This document shows positions 53,813-63,132 of a DNA stretch of 64,000 nucleotides, in pieces (position 1 is the stretch's first letter; each line of letters starts with the position of its first letter). This stretch comes from an uncultured Actinomycetes bacterium (GTDB lineage Bacteria > Actinomycetota > Thermoleophilia > Solirubrobacterales > 70-9). The stretch lies in assembly GCA_963840235.1 (NCBI GenBank), contig CAWIYC010000003.1:456927-520926 (forward strand), written 5' to 3'. The translations under genes were made by a program, and so were the position numbers. Under the pieces are notes generated by a model. It worked only from the letters and a program-made list of their open reading frames with translations. It searched no databases and was not told the origin of the DNA.

Positions 53813-54573
53813 GGGGGGCGGCGGAAACAGACCGGGGAGGCGCCGATGGCGCCGACGCGGTCCTCTGGCACGACCTCGAGTGCGGCTCCTACTCCGCCGA
53901 CCTCGGCCTCTGGGAGCAATTGGCGGAATCCGCCCGGGGCGAGGTCCTCGACCTCGGCTCCGGCACGGGACGCGTCGCCCTCCACCTCGCCCGCCGGGGC
54001 CACCGGGTCACCGGAGTCGACTCGGACCCCGTCCTGGTGGCGGAGCTGAATCGCCGGGCCGGCGCCGCCGCTCTCCCAGCGACCGCAGCGGTCGCCGACG
54101 CCCGCGATTTCGACCTCGATCGCCACTTCGACTTGGTGCTGGCGCCGATGCAGCTCCTCCAGCTCTTCGCCGATGGCTCCGAACGGCGCCGCTGCCTCGC
54201 CTGCGCCGCCCGCCACCTCACTCCGGGAGGGCGCCTCGCCGCCGCCATCCTCGCCCCAGGCGGCGGCGTCGAGGGAACCGAGGAGGGCCCGCCGATCCCC
54301 GACGTCCGCGAGGAGGGGGGCTGGGTCTTCTCGAGCCTCCCGGTGGCCGTCATCGGCGACGGCTCGAGGATCTCTATCCGCCGCCTGCGGCAGAAGGTCT
54401 CACCCGGTGGCGCCCTGTCCGAGGAGGAGAACGAGGTGTCCCTGGCCGACCTCCCGGCAGCGACCCTGGAGGCCGACGCGGCGAGGATCGGGCTCCTCCC
54501 CGTGGGCCGCCGCCTGATAGCCCCGACCGAGGACCATGTCGGCTCGACCGTCGTCCTCGTGGAGGCCCGCTGA
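53809..54573 (+). CDS. Class I SAM-dependent methyltransferase inserted between murT and gatD
   Basis: VLDLGSGTGRVALHLARRGHRVTGVDSD (motif I plus the acidic residue) and LTPGGRLAA. The GTGA start overlaps the murT stop, and its TGA overlaps the gatD ATG. Confidence 0.8.
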   Translation: MRGAAETDRGGADGADAVLWHDLECGSYSADLGLWEQLAESARGEVLDLGSGTGRVALHLARRGHRVTGVDSDPVLVAELNRRAGAAALPATAAVADARDFDLDRHFDLVLAPMQLLQLFADGSERRRCLACAARHLTPGGRLAAAILAPGGGVEGTEEGPPIPDVREEGGWVFSSLPVAVIGDGSRISIRRLRQKVSPGGALSEEENEVSLADLPAATLEADAARIGLLPVGRRLIAPTEDHVGSTVVLVEAR

Positions 54574-55319
54574 TGGAGCTGCGCCTCCTCGCCCTCTATC
54601 CGGAGCAGATGAACATCTACGCCGACCGGGGCAACATCGTCTTCCTGCGGCGCCGCTGCGAGTGGCGCGGAATCGGGTTCAGATACTCCGCCGCCGGTCC
54701 CGGCGAGAGCTTCGACCCCGCTGCCCACGATCTCGTCTATATCGGTGGCGGCCAGGACCGCGATCAGCGCGCGGTCGCCGCCGACATGGTCGAGAGCAAG
54801 CGCTCGGCGCTGTCGGCCGCCGTCGCCGACGGCGCCGCGGTGCTGGCCGTCTGCGGCGGCTACCAGCTCCTTGGACACAGCTACGAGCTAGGAGAGGAAC
54901 GGATCCCCGGCCTCGGGCTCGCCGACCTGGAGACGATCAGGGAGCCCGGCGAACGGCTGATCGGCAACATCGCGATCGAGGCCGACCTCGGTGGCGGTGG
55001 GGGGTCACAGCTCCTGGCCGGATTCGAGAACCACGGCGGCCGCACCTATCTGGGAGAGGGCGCGGTGCCCTTTGGCCGGGTGATCCGCGGGCACGGCAAC
55101 AACGGCCGGGACGGGTTCGAGGGAGTGCGGCAGGCGAACCTGATCGGCACCTACATGCACGGCCCGCTGCTGCCGAAGAACTCCTGGCTCGCCGACCGCC
55201 TGATCCAGCTCGCTCTCGGCCGCCGCCTCGGCGCCGAGCCCGAGCTGGAGCCGCTCGACGACGCCCTCGAAGTGGCCGCGCACGAGTCGGCCCGCGAGGC
55301 CGCCATGCACCGGCGCTGA
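54573..55319 (+). CDS. gatD: Lipid II isoglutaminyl synthase, glutaminase subunit GatD (CobQ-type amidotransferase)
   Basis: LYPEQMNIYADRGN, VCGGYQLLG (catalytic Cys), FENHGGRTY and GTYMHGPLLPKN. Confidence 0.9.
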   Translation: MELRLLALYPEQMNIYADRGNIVFLRRRCEWRGIGFRYSAAGPGESFDPAAHDLVYIGGGQDRDQRAVAADMVESKRSALSAAVADGAAVLAVCGGYQLLGHSYELGEERIPGLGLADLETIREPGERLIGNIAIEADLGGGGGSQLLAGFENHGGRTYLGEGAVPFGRVIRGHGNNGRDGFEGVRQANLIGTYMHGPLLPKNSWLADRLIQLALGRRLGAEPELEPLDDALEVAAHESAREAAMHRR

Positions 55320-55332
55320 GTCATCGGCGCGA

Positions 55333-56046
55333 TCAGACGACGATCGTCCAGTCGAAGCGGGCGTAGCGGACCCGCAGGCGAGAGGCGTTCTCCCTCAACC
55401 AGGCGGCCTCGCCCGGCAGGTGGGCGGCGGCGAACCCGAGCTGCGCGGCGCTGCCGCCAAAATCGGCCCGGTAGAGCTTCATCAGCCCAGGCAGCACCAC
55501 CGCCCCACCGGCGCGATCGATCTCACACTCGGCCTCGAGGTAGATGCGGGTGGCCTCCTCGAGCTGCCCGGCCACCCGCGCCGGCTCGTAGGTGCGCGGC
55601 GCCGGGCAGGAACGGGCTCCGCAGTTGAGCGCGAAATGGATCCGCGGGTCCGGGGCTGAGGGGGCGGCCGCCAGCCGCGGATCCCCCCGACCGAGGGCCC
55701 GACGCGGCGAGTAGGGCGGCCGCGCATTCCCCCGCAGGAGGCCATGCTCGATCGCGTCGAGCGGGTAGTCCAGCCCTCCCACCCGGTAGGCACAGCGGCG
55801 GAACATCCGCCGGTGTCGCAGAAGTGAGCCGCTGCGCGGTCGCACCCGCATCTCGTGAATCAGCAGGGCGTTGTAGAGGTTGAGCCAGAAGGCGAGCCGG
55901 AGACCGTCGCCCTCGAGCCCGGCGGCATCGACTCCGTGAAGCGCCGCCTCGAGGTCCTCGACCCGGTCGGCACCCTCCCAGGTCCGCTCGCGGGCGGCCG
56001 CCGTGATCAGGTCCTGCGAGAGCCTCCCCGGTTCGGAGGCGAGCAA
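55333..56046 (-). CDS. DUF547-domain protein
   Basis: AFWLNLYNALLIH and HFALNCGARSCP are DUF547 hallmarks. Confidence 0.8.
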   Translation of the reverse strand: MLASEPGRLSQDLITAAARERTWEGADRVEDLEAALHGVDAAGLEGDGLRLAFWLNLYNALLIHEMRVRPRSGSLLRHRRMFRRCAYRVGGLDYPLDAIEHGLLRGNARPPYSPRRALGRGDPRLAAAPSAPDPRIHFALNCGARSCPAPRTYEPARVAGQLEEATRIYLEAECEIDRAGGAVVLPGLMKLYRADFGGSAAQLGFAAAHLPGEAAWLRENASRLRVRYARFDWTIVV

Positions 56047-56080
56047 AGCGGGCTGCGGGTTGAGGACGTCCGTGGTGGGC

Positions 56081-57664
56081 TCAGCGGTCGCGCAGGGCCA
56101 TGATGCCGCCGACCCCCCCGAGGTAGAGCGTCGGCTTGCCCCTTTGCGGGGCGCCGAGAGCGATACCGGCGTAGTGGTTGTTGAACCGCCCTCCGTAGCC
56201 GGCCCGCCTCTTCCACAGGGTCTTTCCGGTCCGCATGCTCACCGCGGCCCAGTTCCACGGGTCCGAGCCCGGAATGGCGGGGTCCTTGGCATTCTCGAAC
56301 GTGTAGAGGATCCCGTTGTGGCTGTCTCCCTTGGAGACGACCGATGCCGGGCGGACGCTGTTGTTGGTCCAGACCTTGTGGCATCCCTTGCCCGAAGGCC
56401 CGATGTCGATCCGCGAGATCCCGGGCTCGCTCACCAGGCCGAGGTCGCCGCCGATCGGGAGGCCGTTCCCGAGCACGTCGTTGAAGGCGAGCAGGTCGTA
56501 GCCGTAGTTGTTCTCGACGAAGAGGCTGCGCCCGGCGGCGATCAGCGAGTTCTCGTCGGCGCCCGCCCCCTTCTCGAACACCGGGACACGGCAGACCCTC
56601 CGACCCAGGCGGGGGTGATCCCCGGCCCGGTAGACGACGACGTTCATCGGGTCGGCGTTGTCGGTGATCGCGACGTAGGCGGGGTCCCGCGGGTGGCGTG
56701 CCCGCGGAATCATCAGTGTCGGCGTCGTCCCGCTGCCGGCGTTGATCTGGCCGGTCTTCATCGTTCCCGTGTTCTCGTAGCGGGCCTGCCAGACGATGTG
56801 CGGTTTGAGTCCGTCGCCGGTGCGGATCTTGTAGAGGGCCTTGTCGCTGACTATGTAGGCCCCGTCACGCGAGATCGCAAAGGAGTTCTCGATCTCCTCC
56901 CCCAGCAGGATCGACTTGCAGCGCCGCTTGGAGGGATCGAGAACGCCGACCGTGCCCTGCTGGCGGCCGACGAACCAGAGCCTGCCCCGAAAGTCGGGCA
57001 GCACCGACGGCATGCGCTCGTTCGGCTGCAGGCACGGAGTGGGGTCGTACCGGGAGAGGACCTTGAAGGCCGGCTGCCCCCCCTCTTTGGTCTCACCGAC
57101 GACGAAGATGCGGCGGTCGGAGGTCGCGAACACGGCCCGGTCGCGATTGTCGAGGTAGAAGTAGGCCCCGCCGGTGGTGTTCAGGGCGGGATTTGTCCCC
57201 GCCGGGGGCGGCACGTAGGGCATCTGCTCGAAGGCGAGGACGTCGAGCGAGTCGGGATCGAGCATGTAGAGGCCGGGGCCGTTGGGGAGATCGGTGCAGG
57301 AGCCGATCAGCCGCCCCTTGCTGTCGAAGGTGAGGGTGATGCAGTCGCGCTCGATCGCGGTTGAGAAGACACGCGGGTTGCGCCCCAGCGGCCCCCCATG
57401 TTGGGTGTAGTCGTCCGTCATCCAGGTGTCGTTGTGGACGCTGTTGAGGGGGTTGTCCGCCATCCCCGGGTTCTGCGGCGCCTTCCAGCCGGTCGTGAAC
57501 GGGTTCGGCACCGCCGGCTTGCCGACATAGGCGGGAGTCGAGGGCGCCGGCCCCGAGTTGACGAGCGGTACCGCCGGCATGACCACCGCGCCCGCCGGCG
57601 CCGGCGTCGCTGCCGCGGCGGCCAGGATCGCGGCCAGGAGGGGCAGGCGGGTCGGCCTCATCAC
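56081..57664 (-). CDS. Secreted hypothetical protein (beta-propeller-like by composition)
   Basis: The signal peptide is MMRPTRLPLLAAILAAAAATPAPAGA. 527 aa with no recognised catalytic motif. Confidence 0.72.
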   Translation of the reverse strand: MMRPTRLPLLAAILAAAAATPAPAGAVVMPAVPLVNSGPAPSTPAYVGKPAVPNPFTTGWKAPQNPGMADNPLNSVHNDTWMTDDYTQHGGPLGRNPRVFSTAIERDCITLTFDSKGRLIGSCTDLPNGPGLYMLDPDSLDVLAFEQMPYVPPPAGTNPALNTTGGAYFYLDNRDRAVFATSDRRIFVVGETKEGGQPAFKVLSRYDPTPCLQPNERMPSVLPDFRGRLWFVGRQQGTVGVLDPSKRRCKSILLGEEIENSFAISRDGAYIVSDKALYKIRTGDGLKPHIVWQARYENTGTMKTGQINAGSGTTPTLMIPRARHPRDPAYVAITDNADPMNVVVYRAGDHPRLGRRVCRVPVFEKGAGADENSLIAAGRSLFVENNYGYDLLAFNDVLGNGLPIGGDLGLVSEPGISRIDIGPSGKGCHKVWTNNSVRPASVVSKGDSHNGILYTFENAKDPAIPGSDPWNWAAVSMRTGKTLWKRRAGYGGRFNNHYAGIALGAPQRGKPTLYLGGVGGIMALRDR

Positions 57665-57780
57665 GCCTGCGATCGCCCTCTGATTGCCGTTTGCCGGGTT
57701 GACCCGGTCAGCGCGGCCAGGATTGCCGCGGTCGCACCAATCGCCGCGATCCTCCTGCCGATTGCCGGTGCTCTTCTCAT
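57661..57780 (-). CDS. Possible 39-aa upstream ORF coupled to the 56081-57664 gene
   Basis: A GGGGGAG Shine-Dalgarno-like sequence lies about 10 nt upstream of the ATG at 57780. The product is MRRAPAIGRRIAAIGATAAILAALTGSTRQTAIRGRSQA. Its TGA overlaps the downstream GTG (GTGA). It is below the length cut-off of the ORF track. Confidence 0.3.
   Translation of the reverse strand: MRRAPAIGRRIAAIGATAAILAALTGSTRQTAIRGRSQA
57682..57767. repeat. Three copies of GATTGCCG at exactly 39-nt spacing
   Basis: Copies lie at 57682-57689, 57721-57728 and 57760-57767, read directly. They fall inside the candidate small ORF. Confidence 0.6.
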
Positions 57781-57850
57781 CTGACTTCTTCTCCCCCGTG
57801 CAGGCGCCCCGCCTTGCCCACCCTAGCCGCAGCCGATGTCACTGCGCAAG

Positions 57851-58282
57851 TCAGCGGCCGCTGGAGCCGAAGCCACCGTCGCCGCGGGCGGAATCGTCCA
57901 GCGACTCCACCTCGACCGGTTCAGCGGGGATCACCGGTGTCAGCACGAGCTGGGCGATGCGGTCCCCCGGCTTGACCCGGTAGACCTCCGCCGGGTCGGT
58001 GTTGAGCAGCAAAACCCGGATCTCGCCCCGGTAGCCGGAGTCGATCAGCCCTGGGCCGTTGACAAGCGCGATCCCGTGCTCGCGGGCGAGGCCGGAGCGG
58101 GGCAGGACCAGGCCGGCATGACCCTCGGGGATCTCCACCGACACGCCGGTCCCGACGCTCCAGCGCTCTCCGGGACCGAGGTGGGCCGGCTCGTCGGCGT
58201 AGAGGTCGAGGCCGGCGTCGCCGTCGTGGGCCCGCTTGGGGAGGATTGCCTCCTCGCGCAGTCGGACGAAACGAAGCTCCAT
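57851..58282 (-). CDS. dut: dUTP diphosphatase
   Basis: AGLDLYA, LVLPRSGLA and GLIDSGYRGEI are dUTPase motifs. Confidence 0.92.
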   Translation of the reverse strand: MELRFVRLREEAILPKRAHDGDAGLDLYADEPAHLGPGERWSVGTGVSVEIPEGHAGLVLPRSGLAREHGIALVNGPGLIDSGYRGEIRVLLLNTDPAEVYRVKPGDRIAQLVLTPVIPAEPVEVESLDDSARGDGGFGSSGR

Positions 58283-58344
58283 CGGCGGCACCATAAATGA
58301 CCGATGAAACGGCCGCGGGCGCGCAGGGTCGCGGAATCGCGCGC

Positions 58345-59670
58345 CTAGCCGGGGGCGGCGCCGTTGGCGGCGAGGTCGGCGAAGCGATGCAGCTCGGATG
58401 CCGGGACCCGGGCACGCACCAGAACGCCGTCGCCGCGCTCGATCCGCTCCAGGTCCCCGGCGATCTCGTGCAACTCGTGCAGGCGCGCCCCCTCCGAATA
58501 GGGGATCAGCAGCTCCACCCGGCGCAGGGTGCCCTCGAACGCGGCCTTGATCCGCTCCCGCAGCTGCTCGACTCCTTCGCCGGTCAGCGCCGAGACCAGG
58601 ACCGCGTCGGGGTGGCGGAGCCGCGCCTCGCAGCGCTCCTCTTCGTCAAGCAGGTCGGACTTGTTCAGAACAATCAGGCGCGGCTTCTCGCCCGCGCCGA
58701 TCTCCTCCAATACCTCGTCCACCGCCCGCATGTCCGCCAGCAGGCGCTCCTCCGGCGCCGCCGCGTCGACGACGTGCAGCAGCAGGTCGGAGAGGACCGT
58801 CTCCTCCAGGGTCGCCTTGAACGCCTCCACCAACTGGTGGGGCAGCTTCTCGATGAACCCGACCGTGTCCGTCAGCAGGTAGGTGCGCCCCGACTGCTCG
58901 TAGCTGCGGGTGGTCGGGTCGAGGGTGTGGAAGAGCATGTCGCCGATCCCGACATCGGCGCCGGTGATCGCCTTCAGCAGGGTCGACTTGCCGGCGTTGG
59001 TGTAGCCGGCAAGGGCGATCCGCGGGATCGCGGCGCGCTCGCGGCGGGCCCTCATCACGACCCGGTTCCGCTCGGTCCGTGTCAGCCGCCGCCGCAGCGC
59101 GGCGATACGGTCGCGGGCAAGCCGGCGGTCGGTCTCGATCTGTGACTCCCCCGGGCCGCGGGTCCCGATGCCGCCGCCGAGGCGCTCGAGATGCGTCCAC
59201 AGGCCGCGCATCCGAGCCAGGTTGTACTCGAGCTGGGCCAGCTCGACCTGGAGCTTGCCCTCGGCCGAGTGGGCGTGGTCGGCGAAGATGTCGAGGATGA
59301 CCGCGGTGCGATCGATCACCGGCACCCCGAGAGCCGCCTCGAGGTTGCGTTCCTGACGCGGAGCCAGCTCATCGTCGCAGGCAACCAGGTTGGCATCGCA
59401 GGCCGCAATCGCCGCCTTCAGCTCGGCCAGCTTGCCTCTGCCCAGGTAGCGGTCCGGATCCGGCTCGGGCCGCTGCTGGACCATCTCGCCCGCGGTCGCG
59501 ACGCCGGCGGTCCGCAGCAGCTCCTTCAGCTCCGCCAGCGGATCGCCCTGCTCACGGCCGTCGGTTACGCCTATCGCCAGCGCCCGCTGACGGGCCCTGG
59601 GGTTGGACGCACCGGCCCCGTCGGCGCCCTTGCGCGTCTCGGTCTGCCGGCCGTTTCTCGATCTCTGCAC
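58345..59670 (-). CDS. hflX: GTPase HflX
   Basis: DRTAVILDIFADHA, GGGIGTRGPGESQIETDRR, the G1 motif GYTNAGKST, DTVGF and NKSD. The GTG start at 59670 is tentative. Confidence 0.9.
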   Translation of the reverse strand: MQRSRNGRQTETRKGADGAGASNPRARQRALAIGVTDGREQGDPLAELKELLRTAGVATAGEMVQQRPEPDPDRYLGRGKLAELKAAIAACDANLVACDDELAPRQERNLEAALGVPVIDRTAVILDIFADHAHSAEGKLQVELAQLEYNLARMRGLWTHLERLGGGIGTRGPGESQIETDRRLARDRIAALRRRLTRTERNRVVMRARRERAAIPRIALAGYTNAGKSTLLKAITGADVGIGDMLFHTLDPTTRSYEQSGRTYLLTDTVGFIEKLPHQLVEAFKATLEETVLSDLLLHVVDAAAPEERLLADMRAVDEVLEEIGAGEKPRLIVLNKSDLLDEEERCEARLRHPDAVLVSALTGEGVEQLRERIKAAFEGTLRRVELLIPYSEGARLHELHEIAGDLERIERGDGVLVRARVPASELHRFADLAANGAAPG

Positions 59671-59715
59671 TCCCCTCGATTGTACGGATGGCCCTGACCG
59701 ACATAGACTGGGGCC

Positions 59716-60699
59716 GTGAAGGTCTTCGTAACCGGCGGAACCGGATTCATCGGCGAGCACGTCGTCCGCAGGCTGCTCGAACGCGGCGACGAGGTGATCT
59801 GCCTCGCCCGCAACCGCGACAAGGGCCGCAGGCTGGAGTCGTTTGGCGCCGAGGTGGCAGAGGGGGACCTATCCGATGCGACCGCGATCAAGGCCGGGAT
59901 GGAGGGCGCCGACGCCGTCATCCACGGCGCCGCCGTTTACGAGGTCGGGATCCCCAAGAGCGAGCACACGGCGATGTACGAGGCCAACGTGCTCGGCACC
60001 GAGACAGTGCTGCGTGCCGCGCTGGAGCAGAAGGTGCCGAGGGTCGTCTACATCTCGACCGTCGGCGCCTTCGGCGATACCCACGGCGAGGTCGTCGACG
60101 AGACCTACGAGCACCCCGGCAAGAGCTTCACCTCCTACTACGAGGAGACCAAATACCAGGCCCACCAGGTCGCCAAGCGGCTCATCGCCGACGAGGGGCT
60201 CCCCTGCGTGATCGTGCAGCCGGGGGGCGTCTACGGCCCCGGCGACCACTCCGCTCTGGGAAACACGATCAACCAGTTCGTGGACGGCAAGCTGCCGATG
60301 CTGCCCTTCCCCGACCTCGGCATGAACCTGGTCCATGTCGAGGACGTCGCCGAGGGGGTGCTGCTGGCGCTCGACAAGGGCGAGATCGGCGAGGCCTACG
60401 TCCTCGGCGGCCAGATCACGACCATGCGCGAGATGGTCGATACCGCCGGCCGGGTCGCCGGGCGCAAGCCGCCGCGGATGACGATGCCGACGGGGGTGCT
60501 GAAGCTGCTGACCCCGATCGGCCCCCTGGTCGGCAAGCTGATGGGCCAGCCGCCGAACCTGGCCGAGCTGATCAGCTCGGCCGACGGGGTCACCTTCTGG
60601 GCCCGCCACGACAAGGCGATGAAGCAACTCGGCTACTCGCCGCGCAGCCTCGAGCCGGGCCTGCGCGAGACGTTGGCGGCCGAGGGCAAGCTCTCCTAG
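59716..60699 (+). CDS. NAD-dependent epimerase/dehydratase (extended SDR)
   Basis: MKVFVTGGTGFIGEHVV and YEETKYQAH (YxxxK). Confidence 0.88.
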   Translation: MKVFVTGGTGFIGEHVVRRLLERGDEVICLARNRDKGRRLESFGAEVAEGDLSDATAIKAGMEGADAVIHGAAVYEVGIPKSEHTAMYEANVLGTETVLRAALEQKVPRVVYISTVGAFGDTHGEVVDETYEHPGKSFTSYYEETKYQAHQVAKRLIADEGLPCVIVQPGGVYGPGDHSALGNTINQFVDGKLPMLPFPDLGMNLVHVEDVAEGVLLALDKGEIGEAYVLGGQITTMREMVDTAGRVAGRKPPRMTMPTGVLKLLTPIGPLVGKLMGQPPNLAELISSADGVTFWARHDKAMKQLGYSPRSLEPGLRETLAAEGKLS

Positions 60700-60700
60700 T

Positions 60701-61531
60701 TTGCGCCTGATCGACGTCGAGCACCTCGGCAGGGGCCGGGTGATCGGGTGCTGGGAGGTCGACAGCGTCCTCGTCGACCCCGGGCCGGAGTCCTCCCTGC
60801 CGACCCTGCTCGCGGCGCTCGGCGGGCAGCAGCCGAGGGCCGTCCTGCTCACCCACATCCATCTCGACCACGCCGGCGCCACCGGTGCCCTCGTTCGCCG
60901 CTGGCCGCACCTGCCCGTCCACGTCCACGAGCGCGGCGCGCCCCACCTCGCCGACCCCTCGAAGCTGATCGCCAGCGCCTCGCGCCTGTACGGCGAGGAG
61001 ATGAACCGCCTCTGGGGCGAGATCGTGCCCGTCCCCGAGGCCAACATCAACCTGCTTGCCGGCGGCGAGGAGGTGCTCGGGTTTCGCGTCGCCTACACGC
61101 CCGGCCACGCCTCACACCACGTCTGTTACCTGCATCTCGGCAGCGGCCGGGCCTTCGTCGGCGACGTCGCCGCGACGAGGATCCCGCCCGCCAACCTCGT
61201 TATCCCGCCGACCCCCCCGCCGGACATCGACATCGAGACCTGGGAGCGCTCGCTCGACACGGTCGAGGCCTGGCGGCCGGGATCCCTGGGGATCACCCAC
61301 TTCGGCGTCATCGAGGAGCCCGGGCCGCACATCGAGATGGTCCGGCGCCGCCTGCGGCAGCTTGCGCAGCGGGCCCGAGACCTCGACGCGGAGGGCTTCG
61401 AGCAGAGTCTCCGTGAGGAGATCGCCGCAGCCATGGACGGAGCCGATGCCGAGGCGCTGATCCAAGCGGTCCCCCCACAGCAACAGTGGGCCGGGCTCGA
61501 CCGCTACTGGCGCAAGCGCGAGGCGGGCTAG
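60701..61531 (+). CDS. MBL-fold metallo-hydrolase
   Basis: LLTHIHLDHAGA (HxHxDH) and TPGHASHH. Confidence 0.85.
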   Translation: MRLIDVEHLGRGRVIGCWEVDSVLVDPGPESSLPTLLAALGGQQPRAVLLTHIHLDHAGATGALVRRWPHLPVHVHERGAPHLADPSKLIASASRLYGEEMNRLWGEIVPVPEANINLLAGGEEVLGFRVAYTPGHASHHVCYLHLGSGRAFVGDVAATRIPPANLVIPPTPPPDIDIETWERSLDTVEAWRPGSLGITHFGVIEEPGPHIEMVRRRLRQLAQRARDLDAEGFEQSLREEIAAAMDGADAEALIQAVPPQQQWAGLDRYWRKREAG

Positions 61532-61914
61532 CGCACCAGCGCCTCGGCCTCGATCTCGACCCTCCAGCGCGGGTCGAGGAGGCCGGCCACGACCACCATC
61601 GTCGCCGCGGGCCGCGCCTCGGCGGCGAAGATCTCGGCGTGGGCGCCGCCGACCGCGCCGGCGTCGGCTGCGTCGGTCAGGAACATCCGGGTTCGGACCA
61701 CGTCGCCGATCCCGGCCCCCGCCTGCTCGAGCACGTCGGAGATGATCTCCAGGCAGCGGCGCGCCTGGGCCCCGGCGTCGGCGTCGCAGGAGCCGTCGGC
61801 CCAGACCGGCCCGGTGCCCGAGACCAGCACCCGCTCGCCGACCCGCAGCGCCCGCGAGAACCCGATCTCCGGCTCGAATGGGGAGCCGGAGGCGATCCGG
61901 TGGCGGTCCATCAT
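61528..61914 (-). CDS. RidA/YjgF-family protein
   Basis: 128 aa. VLVSGTG..., VRTRMFLTD, and the C-terminus VEIEAEA are typical. Confidence 0.88.
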   Translation of the reverse strand: MMDRHRIASGSPFEPEIGFSRALRVGERVLVSGTGPVWADGSCDADAGAQARRCLEIISDVLEQAGAGIGDVVRTRMFLTDAADAGAVGGAHAEIFAAEARPAATMVVVAGLLDPRWRVEIEAEALVR

Positions 61915-61922
61915 GCGAGCAT

Positions 61923-63092
61923 CTATGCGAGGTGTTCGCGCATCCGCTCGACCGCCTCGGCGATCGCCTCGTCGGGAGTCGTCAGCGAGATCCGGAAGAA
62001 GCCCTCGCCGCTGGCCCCGTACATGGACCCGGGCGATATCACCACCGCCGCCTCCTCCAGCACCAGTTCGGCGAACGACGCCGAGGTGTGGCCGGCCGGA
62101 ACCGGCGCCCAGACGTAGATCGTCCCCTTCGGCGCCTCGGCCTCGACGCCGATGTCGCGCAGCATCCCTACGACCAGGTCGCGGCGACGGGCGTAGGTCT
62201 CGTTCATCCGCTCCAGCGGCCCGGGCGGGCCGAGCAGGGCGGCGGCACCGGCCAGCTGGATCGCGTCGAAGAGCCCGGAGTCCACGTTCGTCTTCAGCCG
62301 CCAGTAGGTGCTGATCGCCTCGCGGTTGCCGAGGATCGCGGCGCAACGCCAGCCGGTCATGTTGAAGCCCTTCGAGAGCGAGAAGACCTCGACCCCGACC
62401 TCCCTGGCGCCGGGGGTGGCGAGGAAGCTGGGGGCGACGTAGCCGTCGTAGGTCGTCTCCGAGTAGGCGTTGTCGTGGACGACGAGGATCTCGTGCTCGC
62501 GGGCGAAGGAGACGACCAGCTCGAAGAAGCCTTCGGGGACGACCGCGCCGGTCGGGTTGTTGGGGTAGTTGAGGAACATCAGCCGCGCCTTCGAGGCCAT
62601 CTCCGGCGAGACCGCCGTCAGATCCGGGGCGAAACCGAGATCGGGAACCAGCGGCAGTGGCTCGACCGTGGCGCCGGCGAGGACCGGCCCGCCCGTGTAG
62701 ACCGGGTACCCGGGATCCGAGGCGAGGGCGACGTCGCCGGGGTCGAGGAAGGCGAAGCAGAGGTTGTAGATGCACTCCTTGGCGCCGATCGCAGGGATCA
62801 CCTCGGAATCGGGGTCGATCGCGACCCCGAAACGCTCGTCGTAGAAGTCCGAGAGAGCCTCGCGAAATTCGGCCCGGCCGCGGTTGCTCGGGTACTTCTG
62901 GTTGGCATTCTCGGCCACCGCCTCCTGCATCGCCTTGACGATGTGGGGGTAGGTGGGCTGGTCGGGGTCCCCGATCCCGAGGCTGATCACGTCGACGCCC
63001 GCCTCACGCTTCTCGGCGATGCGGCGCTCGAGCTGGGCGAACATGTAGGGCGGCATCGCCTGCAGTCGCTTCGATGGGTCGGTCAGCGCCAA
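61923..63092 (-). CDS. dapL: LL-diaminopimelate aminotransferase-type PLP aminotransferase
   Basis: LQAMPPYMFAQLE, LGIGDPD, NYPNNPTG and SLSKGFNMTGWR (PLP lysine). The TTG start at 63092 is preceded by GAGGAGG 5 nt upstream. Confidence 0.85.
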   Translation of the reverse strand: MALTDPSKRLQAMPPYMFAQLERRIAEKREAGVDVISLGIGDPDQPTYPHIVKAMQEAVAENANQKYPSNRGRAEFREALSDFYDERFGVAIDPDSEVIPAIGAKECIYNLCFAFLDPGDVALASDPGYPVYTGGPVLAGATVEPLPLVPDLGFAPDLTAVSPEMASKARLMFLNYPNNPTGAVVPEGFFELVVSFAREHEILVVHDNAYSETTYDGYVAPSFLATPGAREVGVEVFSLSKGFNMTGWRCAAILGNREAISTYWRLKTNVDSGLFDAIQLAGAAALLGPPGPLERMNETYARRRDLVVGMLRDIGVEAEAPKGTIYVWAPVPAGHTSASFAELVLEEAAVVISPGSMYGASGEGFFRISLTTPDEAIAEAVERMREHLA

Positions 63093-63132
63093 ACGGGCCT
63101 CCTCGCTTCGATCCGTGGACGGGCGCGAAAGC

